Assembly (NCBI GenBank): GCA_964394985.1
Contig: CAYMZK010000001.1
Coordinates: 1 to 61,956, forward strand
Length of the DNA: 61,956 nucleotides
Source of the DNA: an uncultured Candidatus Saccharibacteria bacterium
GTDB taxonomy: Bacteria > Patescibacteriota > Minisyncoccia > Minisyncoccales > GWA2-38-27
Reading direction: 5' to 3'
The position numbers and the translations under genes are program-made. The number at the start of each line of letters is the position of its first letter. Position 1 is the first letter of the stretch. Under the pieces are notes generated by a model. The model ran no database searches, was not told where the DNA came from, and saw only the letters and a list, made by a program, of their open reading frames with translations. Below are positions 9,100 to 18,506 of this stretch, one piece after another.

Positions 9100-10225
9100 T
9101 TAAACATTCTTTAAATTTTTTTAAATCTTCGTTTTTAACTCTAAAACCAGCGGCTGGAGGATGACCACCATAAGTTACTAAAAAGCTTTTACAGGTATCC
9201 ATCGCCTCAACTACATTATATCCTTCTTTAGGAGCCCTAACACTTCCTTGGCTATCTTCTTTATCTTTTCGATAAAGAAAAACTGGTTTATTATATCTTT
9301 TAGTAAGAATGGAAGAGGCAACGCCTAAAAGAATTAACTCCCAACGACTATCGCCTTCAAAAATAACCTTTTCTTTTTTTAAAGAAATTCTTCTTTCAAT
9401 TTCTTCAACAACCTCTTTTATTTTCCTCTTTTTCTCAGCTGATTGTTCTAATAATTTTTCGGCTAATCTTCCAGCTTCGTCTATATCTGAAATTGTTAAA
9501 ACTTGAAAGGCAGCTGGATTGCCACTTTTAACATCTCTAATATTTAATAAAGAGTTCATTTTAATAACCTGATCTATTAAAGAAGATGATTGAATATTTT
9601 CTAAAGAAAGAAGAGCTTGAATTCCCGGACGCCAGCTATCCTTGAGAGAACTTAATCCTTCAATAATAATTTCTTCATTGTCATCGGTTTTGGGCATCAT
9701 ATCAGCAATAGTTGCCATAGCAGCTAATTCTAAAATATCTCTTCTTAAGCTTTCGGTCATTTTGTCTCCTAACAATAATAAAGAAAGCCGGTAAGCAATT
9801 CCAGCTGTAGCAAATTCTTTAAAAGGGTATCTATCCCCCTTTTGCTTTGGATCAACAATAATATCCGCCTTGGGCAATTCTTCTGGAACAATATGATGGT
9901 CAATAACTATTACTTCAAACCCTATTTTTTTAGCTATATCTATTTCTTTAATATTGCCTATCCCGCAATCCATAGAAATAAAAAGAGCTGGAGCTAAATC
10001 TTTTAATTTCTCTAGAGCAGTAATATTTATTCCATAACCTTCATTTTCTCTATCTAAAAAGTAAACCTCATCTACCTTCCCACCTAAACTTTTGATAGAA
10101 TCTTTTAGAATAATAACTGAACAAACCCCGTCCATATCTGCGTCTCCATAGATAATTATTCTTTCTCTATTTTTAACAGCCCTTTTTATTCTTTCAGCTG
10201 TCTTTTTAAGATTTTTTATTTCCAT
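9083..10225 (-). CDS. DHH/DHHA1 family phosphoesterase (short RecJ-like)
   Basis: Motifs DADMDGV, DCGIGN, IVIDHH and GGHPPAAGF. At 380 aa it is much shorter than canonical RecJ. Confidence 0.75.
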   Translation of the reverse strand: MEIKNLKKTAERIKRAVKNRERIIIYGDADMDGVCSVIILKDSIKSLGGKVDEVYFLDRENEGYGINITALEKLKDLAPALFISMDCGIGNIKEIDIAKKIGFEVIVIDHHIVPEELPKADIIVDPKQKGDRYPFKEFATAGIAYRLSLLLLGDKMTESLRRDILELAAMATIADMMPKTDDNEEIIIEGLSSLKDSWRPGIQALLSLENIQSSSLIDQVIKMNSLLNIRDVKSGNPAAFQVLTISDIDEAGRLAEKLLEQSAEKKRKIKEVVEEIERRISLKKEKVIFEGDSRWELILLGVASSILTKRYNKPVFLYRKDKEDSQGSVRAPKEGYNVVEAMDTCKSFLVTYGGHPPAAGFRVKNEDLKKFKECLIDYYE

Positions 10226-11144
10226 ATAATGCTTCTATCCCAGGAAGCTTTTCTCCGGCTAAAAAAGCTAACATTGCTCCACCTCCTGTTGATACATGAC
10301 TAAATTTATCTCTTAATTTAAGTTTTTTTAAGGCATTTAGAGTATCTCCCCCACCAACAACGCTAAATGATTTTGAACTAGTAATTGCTTGAGCAATTTC
10401 TTTAGTTCCTTTAATGTATTTTTCTTTTTCAAACCATCCCATTGGTCCAGCCCAAACGACTGTTTTAGCTCCGCCAATAATCTTTTTGTATTCTTTTATT
10501 GTTTTTGGCCCAATATCGTAATTATCCAAATAATCGTTTGGTAAATGAAGTTTAACAGATTTTTTCTTAATTTCCAATCCTAATTTTCCACCAATCAGAA
10601 CATTATCGGCTAATTTTAAAAAATCATCAATAACCTTAGCTTTACTTTTGACCTTAGCTCCTCCAATAATAGTAACTAATGGCCTTTTGGGATTATCTAT
10701 TATCTTAGAGAGGTTTTTAATTTCTTTTTCCAATAATAGGCCCATTGCTGATGGTAGATATTTAGGAATGCTAACAATTGAAGCGTGTTTTCTGTGACAA
10801 ACCCCAAAAGCATCATTAATATAAATATCAGCTAAAGAGCTTAATTTTTTAGCAAAAGCTTGATTATTAGCTTCTTCTCCTTTGTTAAATCTTAAATTTT
10901 CCAAAAACTCTAAATTAGGATAGTCTTTAAATAAATCCCAAATCGGAGTTAAGCTTTTTCCATCGGATCGATGACTGGCTAGAATAACAATAGCCCTTTT
11001 TTTTAAAAGATATTCAATAGTGGGAATGGTTTGTTTTATTCTAAAATCATCTTCAATCTTCCTATCGCTCATAGGAACGTTAAAATCAACTCTTAACAAC
11101 ACTCTTTTGTTTTTGAAATTAAAATCCCTAATTGTCTTAATCAT
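10206..11144 (-). CDS. pgk: Phosphoglycerate kinase (short, 312 aa)
   Basis: RVDFNVP, SHRSDG, NDAFGVCHRKHAS, GGAKVKSK and STGGGAMLAFL motifs. Confidence 0.85.
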   Translation of the reverse strand: MIKTIRDFNFKNKRVLLRVDFNVPMSDRKIEDDFRIKQTIPTIEYLLKKRAIVILASHRSDGKSLTPIWDLFKDYPNLEFLENLRFNKGEEANNQAFAKKLSSLADIYINDAFGVCHRKHASIVSIPKYLPSAMGLLLEKEIKNLSKIIDNPKRPLVTIIGGAKVKSKAKVIDDFLKLADNVLIGGKLGLEIKKKSVKLHLPNDYLDNYDIGPKTIKEYKKIIGGAKTVVWAGPMGWFEKEKYIKGTKEIAQAITSSKSFSVVGGGDTLNALKKLKLRDKFSHVSTGGGAMLAFLAGEKLPGIEALYGNKKS

Positions 11145-12711
11145 CTTTTATTTCTTTATTTAATGTTTTTCTTAAATCTGAAAGATCTACCTTTTTTCTT
11201 TCCTTCTTTTTTCCACCAAAAGGAATAGTTTCTTCTTTCATAGCTTCTTTTAAAGATAGGGCCGATTCTTTGTCTGGGTCAGACTCTTTGTCTTTTTTAA
11301 CCTTTTTAAAGCAGTTTTTACAATAAACTGGCCGCTTACCATCAGGTTCAAAGACGACTTTAGTCTCTTTGCCACAATTGTCACACTTAGCATCATAAAG
11401 TTTTTGTTCTTTTTTAGCTTCTGGCAAAGCGCTTTCACTAATCTCAGCCCATTTTATAATATCCTCTTCTACTTTTTCTCTGGGAGTAGCATGTTTTTCT
11501 CGAGAAACCTTAATAATCTTCTCTTTATTGGAAATTTTTTCTGGCTCAAAAGGAACAATCGTTTTAGCCGAAAAAGGACGACCAGCAACACCATCAATCA
11601 TTAATTTTAAATAAATATGATACTTAGCTAAATTAACAATATCAGTGGCATAAAATTCTGGAGCAAATTCTTTTTCCAAAAATTCAGCATCTTCTGCTCC
11701 AACCCTAAAACTAACCAAAGTTCCAACATTACCAAAAACAGCATCACGGACCTCTTCTTCCATTTGAGCTATATATTGATGAGCTAAAATTAAAGCTAAG
11801 CGATATTTTCTAGCTTCAGATAAAATATTGGCAAAAGACTCAGTAGCAAAGTTTTGAAATTCATCTACGTATAAGAAAAAGTCTTTTCTTTGAGCTTCGG
11901 GAATATCAACTCTACTCATAGCGGCTAACTGTAGCTTGGTAATTAGCAAAGCTCCTAGTAAAGCAGAATTATCCTCCCCTATTCTTCCTTTAGATAAATC
12001 CATTATTAAGATTTTTTGACTGTCCATAATCTCTCGCATATTAATAGTAGACTTAACCTGACCAATAATATTTCTGATCAAAGGAGCGGAAATAAACTGG
12101 CCAATTTTATTTTGGATAGCAGCGGTTGCTTCAGTTTCGTATCTTTGAGCATATCTGGCAAATTCATTAATCCAAAAAGACCTAACTACCGGATCAGTAA
12201 CTTTAGTAATAACCTTTTTACGGTATTCTGGATCAGAAAGCATTCTATTTATTCCTAACAAGGTAGATCCTGGATATTCCAATAAAGCCAAAATAGTATT
12301 ATTTAAAATATATTCCATTCTGGCTGACCAAACATCTGGCCAAATCTTTTTAAAAGCCCCCATTAGTCCCCCAGCCACTAAGTGACGATGTTCTAAGCCA
12401 ACATTCTCCATCACATTAAAAGCGATTGGAAAATTTAAATCCGCTGGGTTAATATAGACAACATCATTTATTCGATGAGAAGGAACAAAACCCAAAAGCT
12501 CTTCAGCCGCTTCTCCATGAGGATCAACAAAACCAACTCCATTACCATTTTGAATATCTTGAACAGCCATATTTCTTAACATGGCTGTTTTACCCATTCC
12601 GGTTTTTCCAATGACATACATATGTCGCCTTCGATCATCTAGTTTAATTCCAAATTTCTTTTGGATGTTCCGGAAATTAGTTTCGCCAAAAAAATTAATT
12701 TCTTTATTCAT
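11137..12711 (-). CDS. TraD/TraG/VirD4-like (type IV coupling protein family) P-loop ATPase with a C-terminal zinc ribbon
   Basis: Walker A GKTGMGKT; FLYVDEFQNFATESFANILSEARKYRLALILAHQ (Walker B / TraG-D_C-like); C-terminal CDNCGKETKVVFEPDGKRPVYCKNC. Confidence 0.75.
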   Translation of the reverse strand: MNKEINFFGETNFRNIQKKFGIKLDDRRRHMYVIGKTGMGKTAMLRNMAVQDIQNGNGVGFVDPHGEAAEELLGFVPSHRINDVVYINPADLNFPIAFNVMENVGLEHRHLVAGGLMGAFKKIWPDVWSARMEYILNNTILALLEYPGSTLLGINRMLSDPEYRKKVITKVTDPVVRSFWINEFARYAQRYETEATAAIQNKIGQFISAPLIRNIIGQVKSTINMREIMDSQKILIMDLSKGRIGEDNSALLGALLITKLQLAAMSRVDIPEAQRKDFFLYVDEFQNFATESFANILSEARKYRLALILAHQYIAQMEEEVRDAVFGNVGTLVSFRVGAEDAEFLEKEFAPEFYATDIVNLAKYHIYLKLMIDGVAGRPFSAKTIVPFEPEKISNKEKIIKVSREKHATPREKVEEDIIKWAEISESALPEAKKEQKLYDAKCDNCGKETKVVFEPDGKRPVYCKNCFKKVKKDKESDPDKESALSLKEAMKEETIPFGGKKKERKKVDLSDLRKTLNKEIKDD

Positions 12712-14039
12712 TATTCTATAGGAAGACCTGGAGGAGCTTCTCCTTTTTTAGTATCAATTCTTTGAACAAAAGGAGCTGGGGCAGAAGTTCGGCCAGGAAA
12801 GTGATAAATACTTGCTAATTCTTCAGTGTTTAAAATAAAACTAGAAGGAAATTTTCTCTTTAGGGGAGCTCTAGCGTGATCTCTGTTAATGTAGTTTCTA
12901 AACATTTTTCTTTTTCTTAAATAGACTCTTCTATCTCTACCGATATTAAAAATAGGGATTATTTTTTTAGGAATTTTAGTAATATATGGTTGTCCGTAAG
13001 GAACTAACAAATTAAGGTTTTGAGTCCCAAAGTTAGAAAAATAAGAAAGAGCTAATCTTAGTTTCGGCTTAAAGAAATATCCCTTTTTGCCTAAATAAAT
13101 AAATCTAATGTTGCAATTAAACCCTTTTTTAGCGGCTTTCTTTTCAATGGCGGCTACTATATCTCTTTCGCCGGGGGTAAGCTTCATTTCTGGTGGTAAA
13201 AGTTCTTTTTCTTCTTCTTTTTTTTCCCCAGGAACTTTTCCAGTTACCCAAAAATCAGCCATTTCCATGATCATGGACTTGCTCGGTGGCTTTTTACTAG
13301 TTCTTTTGACTAATTCATTTTTAATCTCTTCTCCTTCTGAAACCCAAGGAACTTCACCATCGGTTACCGGAGTGGCTGAAATCTGAATCCACAAATGTTC
13401 TCCCTTGCCAATCTTAGCCATTGATTCTAATAAAGTGGCTATTGGATCAATTCTTTTTTCTTCTAAAACTTCTCTTTCGGTTTCAAACTCCAGATAGGTC
13501 CTTATTGGATAAGGACTGGGCCTTAAAAGCTTATAATCGGTCCCCCAAAAATCCCACTCATCATTAGGAATATCAGCTGGAATTTTTTTAGTATAATCTT
13601 CAGCTCTTGAAATTTCGGCGCTAGGATATTGAGCATAAACCACCGCCTCTATAGCGTCTCTATTAGCTTTAGGAATATGGATGTAAAAATGAGGATCTCC
13701 TTCGCTAGAAACAATTTCAAAAGAATAAGCTAAGCTATATTTTGCTTCAATCCATCTTTCATAAGGAGTTCCTGCTTCATCATATAGTATTTGCCAAAGA
13801 CCATCTAAAACCACCTCCATGGCTCTAATTGGCTTAATAACTTCTCGTGGAATTTTAATCTCTAAAAGAATTCGAGGGTTTTCTTTTAGGAAAATTTCCA
13901 TGCGATGCCACTTGAATAAAAAGAGCAGTGGTTTTAGTAAAATAAAAGGCACTGGTAGCCACCACCAATCTTTAATGATACTCCATGCCCTTTGGAGTGA
14001 AGTTATTAATATTTCAAATAGATCAGGCATTATATACAA
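12711..14039 (-). CDS. Hypothetical membrane-anchored protein, translationally coupled to the coupling-type ATPase
   Basis: N-terminal hydrophobic segment. Its stop overlaps the ATPase start (TAATG). No family name can be assigned from memory. Confidence 0.6.
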   Translation of the reverse strand: MYIMPDLFEILITSLQRAWSIIKDWWWLPVPFILLKPLLFLFKWHRMEIFLKENPRILLEIKIPREVIKPIRAMEVVLDGLWQILYDEAGTPYERWIEAKYSLAYSFEIVSSEGDPHFYIHIPKANRDAIEAVVYAQYPSAEISRAEDYTKKIPADIPNDEWDFWGTDYKLLRPSPYPIRTYLEFETEREVLEEKRIDPIATLLESMAKIGKGEHLWIQISATPVTDGEVPWVSEGEEIKNELVKRTSKKPPSKSMIMEMADFWVTGKVPGEKKEEEKELLPPEMKLTPGERDIVAAIEKKAAKKGFNCNIRFIYLGKKGYFFKPKLRLALSYFSNFGTQNLNLLVPYGQPYITKIPKKIIPIFNIGRDRRVYLRKRKMFRNYINRDHARAPLKRKFPSSFILNTEELASIYHFPGRTSAPAPFVQRIDTKKGEAPPGLPIE

Positions 14040-14050
14040 TAATAAAAAGC

Positions 14051-14995
14051 TTATGCTTCTTTTATTGTATACTTTCCTTGAGAATTACGCAAGAAGCAAT
14101 TTCTATTTTGTAAGTTTAGAGCAATAGTATTTTCTTTAACAAAGCGCTGTTTAGAAACCTTGGCTAAAATTTCTTCTTTAGACAATGGCTTTTTAGCTTC
14201 TTTGATGGTTTGAGCAATAACATCTCTAACCACACCTGATTGATACCCCCATTCTTTTAAAGCATAAAGTCCTCTGCCTACTAAAACAAAACGATTATCT
14301 TTGATTAATTCGTTGTGGACAGTAGCGGTATGAACTTTATTTAAACCAAAAGGAAGCTTTTCTATTTTACCAGCCACTTCAGTAAAATGAACTGGTTGAT
14401 TTTCATTTTTTAAGACTAAATAAGCTTTGTCTTTAATCCCTCTAGGATTGATTTCAATCCAATTATCTAAGCCATACTTGCCATTAGGTCCCTTTTCTAC
14501 TTTTTTAGAGATGTCTAAATATTTATCATTTAAAGCTAAAGTTTTTTCTGCCTTTTTAAGTTTAGAAACAACATCTTTGACTGTTTTTTTGGCCCTATCC
14601 AGGGACTCTTTATTTAAATACCAGCTAGTATAAAATTCATCGCTTTCCGGCATTTTTTTAAAATCGTCTAAATTAGTTAATAAGAACAAAACACAGTTTT
14701 TATTCTTACCAAAACTGTTTAAAAGATTTTCCTCTCTTTTAACTCCTCCAAAGCTAGCAAAAACTTTTTTAAAATCTTTAATAATATCTTTATTCTTTTC
14801 TAGTTTGGGCTTAATAAAAGAAAAAGCTTCGTTTTCAATTTGACGAACTCTTTCTCTGGTAATATCATAATCAGCACCAATTGCTTCTAGAGTTTCTCTT
14901 TTACCGGTCTTCAAACCAAAACGCCTCTCAATCACATCTCTGCTTCTTGAGGGTAAGTCTTTTAATAAATCTGAACAAATTTTTTTGTAATTCAT
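14051..14995 (-). CDS. DNA-binding protein with a sigma-70 region-4-like HTH plus HARE-HTH-like C-terminal domains
   Basis: RSRDVIERRFGL...ETLEAIGADYDITRERVRQIENEA matches sigma region 4. C-terminal repeats (HFTEVAGKI..., LSKEEILAKV...) resemble HARE-HTH. Confidence 0.6.
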   Translation of the reverse strand: MNYKKICSDLLKDLPSRSRDVIERRFGLKTGKRETLEAIGADYDITRERVRQIENEAFSFIKPKLEKNKDIIKDFKKVFASFGGVKREENLLNSFGKNKNCVLFLLTNLDDFKKMPESDEFYTSWYLNKESLDRAKKTVKDVVSKLKKAEKTLALNDKYLDISKKVEKGPNGKYGLDNWIEINPRGIKDKAYLVLKNENQPVHFTEVAGKIEKLPFGLNKVHTATVHNELIKDNRFVLVGRGLYALKEWGYQSGVVRDVIAQTIKEAKKPLSKEEILAKVSKQRFVKENTIALNLQNRNCFLRNSQGKYTIKEA

Positions 14996-15069
14996 GGTAT
15001 AACAAGTTTAGTTTATCTTATCTTAACATACATCTAAAAAAATGTAAAGCCTGACTAACTGTTAAAGAT

Positions 15070-16005
15070 CTATTTGTTTCTAAACTTGTACCAACTTACA
15101 AGTATTGGACCGGCTAAAAATATTGAAGAATAAGTTCCGGCAATAATTCCAATCAGCAAAGCTAAGGCAAAGTATTGGAGAGTAGCTCCTCCAAAAAAGA
15201 AAATGGCTCCGGCTACAAACAAGGTAGTCAAAGAGGTATTTATTTGTCTAGATAGAGTTTGTTTTAAACTAATATCTACGGTATTCTCAAATTCTTCACT
15301 TCTTTTAATAAGATTTTCTCTAATTCTGTCAAAAACCACCACGGTATTATTAATAGAATAACCAAGAACTGCTAATAAAGCAGTAATAATTGGGATAGAT
15401 ATCTCTACATCATAAAAAGCGCCCAAAATAGCAAAAACACCTAAAGGTATTAAAATATCATGAAATAAGGCTAGGACGCTAGCAATGCCGTATTGCCAAG
15501 ATTTTAGCGGTCTTTGAACTTTTCTAAAAGCAAGGGCAATATAGATAATCATTGAAATTAAGGCTACCGAAACAACAATGTTAGTTTTTCTTTTCAGTTC
15601 ATCTCCAATAACCGGACCAATAGAATCAAACCTGGTTTCTTCTATTTGAGCTTCGGCTGTTTCTAATATTAATCCTTGATCTGTTTGCGTCTCTTGTGAT
15701 CCAGAAAGCTTGTCTAAAATATCTTGATGAACAGACTCATCAATGTGTGGCATTCTAAAAATATATCCTTTTTGACCAGTTGGTTGAATAACTACATTAA
15801 GATTAAATTCTTCTAACTGGTTTCTTATTTCTTCAATAGGAGGTCTTTCTTTGATGTATTCTATCTCCATTATTGTCCCGCCAGTAAAATCTATTCCTGC
15901 TTTTAGGCCATAGATAGCTAAAGCAACAATACAGGCTACTATTATAATAGCAGTCAAAAAGAAATATATTCTACGATGTTTTACAATACTTAATGCCATA
16001 ACCAC
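15070..16005 (-). CDS. secF: Protein translocase subunit SecF
   Basis: Six-TM SecD/SecF family C-terminal domain (VVFDRIREN). It overlaps secD. Confidence 0.9.
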   Translation of the reverse strand: MVMALSIVKHRRIYFFLTAIIIVACIVALAIYGLKAGIDFTGGTIMEIEYIKERPPIEEIRNQLEEFNLNVVIQPTGQKGYIFRMPHIDESVHQDILDKLSGSQETQTDQGLILETAEAQIEETRFDSIGPVIGDELKRKTNIVVSVALISMIIYIALAFRKVQRPLKSWQYGIASVLALFHDILIPLGVFAILGAFYDVEISIPIITALLAVLGYSINNTVVVFDRIRENLIKRSEEFENTVDISLKQTLSRQINTSLTTLFVAGAIFFFGGATLQYFALALLIGIIAGTYSSIFLAGPILVSWYKFRNK

Positions 16006-17342
16006 TTAATTTTTTCTAATTTAGTATTAACAAATAATCTTAATAGGTTTCTAGTAACAAAAATTGAAGAAAACATACTAATTAAAATACCAATACTTAA
16101 GGTAAAAGCAAATCCTTTAATAAAACTAGTTCCTAAAAAAAATAAAATTAAAGCGACGATTAAAGTAGTGATGTTTCCATCTCTAATGGAAGACCAGCTT
16201 CTTTGAAATCCCTCCTCTAAACTTACAGCAAAGCTTTGTTCTTTTTTAAGTTCTTCTCTCATTCTGGAAAAAATCAAAACATTAGCATCAACAGCCATAC
16301 CAATAGAAAGAATAAATCCTCCAATTCCGGCCAAGGTTAAAGTAATTGGAATTAACTTAAAAAAAGATAAGATTATTAAAACATAGACTCCCAAAGAAAG
16401 AGAAGCTAATAATCCTGGCACTCTATATATAAGAATTAAAAAAAATACCACTAGAATAAGACCAATAACTCCGGCCTTCAAACTTTGCTCTAAAGATATC
16501 TTTCCTAAAGTTGGTCCAACTGATTGTTGAGAAATTAAACTAATTGGCACTGGCAGAGCCCCAGCATTTAAGTTTCTGGCTAATTCTTTAGCTTCTTCAA
16601 CGGTAAAGTCTCCGGTAATCTGAGCTCTACCACCAGCAATTGCTTCATTAACTACTGGGCTAGAGATTGGCATTCCATCAATATAGATAGCTAAAATCTT
16701 GCCAACATTTCTCGCTGTTAATTCTTTAAAAACTTGAGAACCCTCCTCGTTAAACTGTAAAACAATAAAAGGAGTTCCTGTTTGTTGGTCAAAATCAATA
16801 CTGGCTTCTTCTAGATATTGTCCAGTTAATTTAGTAGAAGTAAAATAAGGATCCTTAAAAGCTAGCTCCCAATCTTCTACTTTTTGAGCTTCTTCTAGAG
16901 TCATATCTTGAATTTCTTCTTGCTTGTTTAGAATTTCTTGGGTTTCTTCTTCATTTCTTTGTTCTTTAAACTCTAAGAAAGGGGTTTTTCCAATCATTTC
17001 AATGGCTTGATTTGGATCTTTGACTCCAGCTAATTCAACCACTAAACGATAACTTTTACCAGATTCTTGAGTCTGAATAACTGGCTCTGAAACGCCTAAA
17101 GCATTAACTCTTCTTTCAATAACATCACGCAATCCTTGCATGGCTGAATCATAATTACTCGGCTTAATACTAGATAAATCAGCTTCATATAATAAATGAG
17201 TTCCTCCCTGTAAATCTAATCCTAGCTTAAAAGGAACATTCCAGTAAAAATTAAAAACAACCGCTGCGGCAAAACCGGTTAAAATAATAATTCCTAATAG
17301 AATTAAATACACTTTTCGTTTCATATTTAAATATCTTAACAT
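15990..17342 (-). CDS. secD: Protein translocase subunit SecD
   Basis: LGLDLQGG, a periplasmic P1 domain and a TM bundle with VDANVLIFSRMREE. The start could instead be MKRKVY at 17324. Confidence 0.9.
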   Translation of the reverse strand: MLRYLNMKRKVYLILLGIIILTGFAAAVVFNFYWNVPFKLGLDLQGGTHLLYEADLSSIKPSNYDSAMQGLRDVIERRVNALGVSEPVIQTQESGKSYRLVVELAGVKDPNQAIEMIGKTPFLEFKEQRNEEETQEILNKQEEIQDMTLEEAQKVEDWELAFKDPYFTSTKLTGQYLEEASIDFDQQTGTPFIVLQFNEEGSQVFKELTARNVGKILAIYIDGMPISSPVVNEAIAGGRAQITGDFTVEEAKELARNLNAGALPVPISLISQQSVGPTLGKISLEQSLKAGVIGLILVVFFLILIYRVPGLLASLSLGVYVLIILSFFKLIPITLTLAGIGGFILSIGMAVDANVLIFSRMREELKKEQSFAVSLEEGFQRSWSSIRDGNITTLIVALILFFLGTSFIKGFAFTLSIGILISMFSSIFVTRNLLRLFVNTKLEKIKWLWH

Positions 17343-17384
17343 AACTGAAATATCAATACAAGCACTTAGTTGCTTGTTATTTTA

Positions 17385-18506
17385 CTAAACTAATTTGTTT
17401 TCTTTTTTGCGGCTGGATTTAATGCTAAAACGATGAGCTTCTTCTCTCACCTTCAACAAAGTACTTTTGTTTGACCCAATTAATTCCCTTAAAGACTTTT
17501 TAGTTTTCTTAGTAAAAACCAATTTATCTTTTCCGTACTTAGAAATACCAACTAAAGGAATAGAAATGTTTTCTTTCTCTAATGCCTTAGAAATAAAATC
17601 TATTTGAGGCTTTCCCCCATCAATTAATATTAAGCTAGGAAAAGGCCATTCTCTATGTTTGAATCTCCTTAAAATCATTTCTTCTAAAGACCTTAGATCA
17701 TCAGGAGATTTTTTAACCTTAAATAGTCGGTATTGGCTTTTATCTGGCTTGTTGTCGACAAAAACAACCATCGCTCCATAAGCATTTTTACCAGACAAAT
17801 GAGAAACATCATATCCTTCTATTCTATTAAAGGAAAGGGGGGTATAGTCGGCTTTAGAAATTAAAATAATATCTTGGATGTGTTTTAAGCTTTCCGCCTT
17901 TTGAGGGTCTTCTTTAATTAACTTTTTAATTAGTCTTTTCTTTTCTCCTTTTAGGAAAAGAATTATGTTTTTAATATTTTTTAAGTATTCTTTTTTAGTT
18001 ATTTCTCCTAGACAGACTCCCGGACAAAGACCAATTTGATAACTAAAGCAAGGCTTACCAGTATAGTTACAAGTGCTGTAAGGAAAGATTCTTCTGATAA
18101 TTTTTAAAACACTACTAGCAATTTTAGTGCTCTTGTAAGGGCCAAAGATAAGTTCTTTATGAGGAATCTTTTTAATTTCTCTTTCTCTGATTATCATTGG
18201 TTTAGGAAAATCTTCTTTGGTTATAATAATGTAGGCAAAAGAACGATTATCTTTATCTTTAATGTTATATTTTGGCCAATGCTTTTTTATCAAATTAGCT
18301 TCTAGAATCACTGACTCTAAAATAGTTTCTGTTTCAATATATTTAATATCATCTATTAGCCTAGTCATTTCTTCTATTCTCGGGTCTAGTCCTTTTTGAA
18401 AATAACTAGAAACTCTTTTTTTCAAAGATAAAGCTCTTCCTATATAAATAGGTTTGCCTTTATGTAAAAAAATATAGATTCCTGTTTTGTCTGGTAATTT
18501 CTTCAT
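17385..18506 (-). CDS. uvrC: Excinuclease ABC subunit C, compact form (373 aa)
   Basis: GIY-YIG N-terminus (GIYIF...IYIGRA), Cys-rich CPGVC, and RIEGYDVSH...LIDGGKPQ of the second nuclease domain. No C-terminal helix-hairpin-helix region is seen. Confidence 0.85.
   Translation of the reverse strand: MKKLPDKTGIYIFLHKGKPIYIGRALSLKKRVSSYFQKGLDPRIEEMTRLIDDIKYIETETILESVILEANLIKKHWPKYNIKDKDNRSFAYIIITKEDFPKPMIIREREIKKIPHKELIFGPYKSTKIASSVLKIIRRIFPYSTCNYTGKPCFSYQIGLCPGVCLGEITKKEYLKNIKNIILFLKGEKKRLIKKLIKEDPQKAESLKHIQDIILISKADYTPLSFNRIEGYDVSHLSGKNAYGAMVVFVDNKPDKSQYRLFKVKKSPDDLRSLEEMILRRFKHREWPFPSLILIDGGKPQIDFISKALEKENISIPLVGISKYGKDKLVFTKKTKKSLRELIGSNKSTLLKVREEAHRFSIKSSRKKENKLV

Noticed and set aside
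13108-13386. Plus-strand ORFs inside minus-strand genes (also 5921-6145, 8672-9010, 9309-9506, 11404-11604, 12016-12258, 13819-14127, 14427-14633, 18927-19154, 23400-23696, 28485-28673, 34581-34969, 35754-35954, 44680-45006 and others)
   Set aside because: They are antisense shadows of well-supported conserved genes. They have low-complexity Ser/Leu/Phe-rich translations, no start context and no recognisable domains.
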